DNA from: Schmidtea nova | Lineage: Eukaryota | DNA: 64,000 nt | Direction of reading: 5' to 3' | NCBI GenBank assembly: GCA_044892505.1 | Contig: CM097883.1 | Span: 351,912,001 to 351,976,000, forward strand | Part shown: piece after piece, positions 63,044-64,000 of the stretch | How positions within the stretch are numbered: the stretch's first letter is position 1 | How the letters are laid out: each line of letters opens with the position of its first letter | Translations under genes and position numbers: made by a program | Notes under the pieces: model-generated | The model's input: only the letters and a program-made list of their open reading frames with translations | Database searches by the model: none | What the model was told of the DNA's origin: nothing

Positions 63044-63340
63044 ATGTGTGAAAAAAAGCCAAGTAACCTCTATAAAAGTTCGACAATCATTGAAGCACAA
63101 AGAAAAGCTCTTGAAATATTGAATTCTAAATCAACTTCTAAAGAAATAGTATTCAGAGATTCAGAAGGCCAATCTACAAGCCTTGATGCTTATATATTGG
63201 AAGCATCTGCAACAACCGGACAAACCAGTGAAGCGTATAGAGAGAATATGTTTTTGTTCTTCACTATATTTTCAGATACGCAAAGAAGAATGGAAAAACC
63301 TAATGAAAATATATTAAAACTATCAAATGACAATAACTAA
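63044..63340 (+). CDS. Hypothetical 98-aa ORF, copy 60
   Basis: ORF track; repeat copy. Confidence 0.45.
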   Translation: MCEKKPSNLYKSSTIIEAQRKALEILNSKSTSKEIVFRDSEGQSTSLDAYILEASATTGQTSEAYRENMFLFFTIFSDTQRRMEKPNENILKLSNDNN

Positions 63341-64000
63341 GATGACATTTTCCATCTTCACAAACAACAAAAGATAACCATCCGTCACTAGACAACACGA
63401 CAGACTGATTCCGATGCAAAATGAGAATAAAATGCAAAGATTTTCACAAATTCTAATGAAGAGTAAAATCCTCAAAATGTCAAATACTGTACTTCTGACT
63501 TAATGTATGTCAAAACATGGCTTGCTCGAGTAGAGTCTGGAGCTTTAGATGGCAGATGGACATACAAAGCTAAAAGATTTTAAAGTAAAAAAATAAAAGT
63601 CTTAGAAAAATTTCAAGAAATTTTGAATTTCCTAAAGACTTTCTTTAATTTTATATAATAGTCAAATGTTAAAACTGCACAATAATTACAAATATTTATA
63701 CAATGATGGTAAGAGACTTAAATTCTCTAGACGTTGATACATATTTTTGTTATTACTAGTAAATATACTAAAGATATTTACAGATCAAACTTTTAAAAAT
63801 AAAAAGATATTTGGTGATATAACATTTTAATCTAATAGCAATAATTTATACTCTTTTGAAATAAGCAAAAATATTTCTGAAAAATGATATTTATATCAAT
63901 GTATTTACAAATAAAAAATATAAAAACATTATTATTATTATTATTTATATTTATATTTTCTTTTATTGTCTTATCATTATTATCGCAATTTAAAGTTTAA

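Larger units (their letters stand above)
1..64000 (+). repeat. Tandem array (macrosatellite or tandem gene array) of a ~1.06-kb unit, ~60.3 head-to-tail copies, continuing past both window edges
   Basis: The same ORF recurs 60 times at 1059-1066 bp spacing (451 to 63044). The window-start sequence TAATAGTCAAATG recurs at 1063 and once per unit after that. No inversions or insertions were seen. Confidence 0.99.

Noticed and set aside
1-64000. Rolling-circle or concatemer artefact of one ~1.06-kb circle (plasmid, minicircle, nanovirus-like component)
   Set aside because: Copies carry shared, nested, position-dependent variants at exact multi-unit spacings. Repeated copying of one template with independent errors would not produce this. 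No Rep motifs or nonanucleotide origin were recognised.
1-64000. CRISPR array
   Set aside because: There is no short repeat with unique spacers; the entire kilobase unit is repeated.

Overview
The whole 64-kb window is one uninterrupted head-to-tail tandem array of a ~1.06-kb unit. There are about 60.3 copies, the ORF-to-ORF period is 1059-1066 bp (mean ~1061), all copies lie on the + strand, and they differ only by scattered substitutions and short indels. Each unit has a very AT-rich spacer with an (ATT)5-7 microsatellite, a 98-codon ORF with no family I can recognise, about 240 bp more of coding-like sequence in the same frame, and an imperfect 47-nt hairpin followed by a T-rich tract. That extra segment is interrupted by in-frame TAA, TAG, TGA, TAA and TAA. 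I found no rRNA, tRNA, CRISPR, transposase or other recognisable gene. Three things stand out. First, the coding signature appears to continue through all three stop codon types to a TAA at unit position 988-990, which could mean a stop-reassigned genetic code or an amplified pseudogene; the sequence alone does not decide this. Second, diagnostic variants show nested 2-, 3-, 4- and 6-unit duplications and recombination between copies. Third, a sharp boundary near 33 kb separates a polymorphic left domain from a homogenised right domain. The source organism cannot be determined; an AT-rich eukaryote, possibly a ciliate-like protist, is only an inference. All counts were made by hand and rare variants may have been missed.
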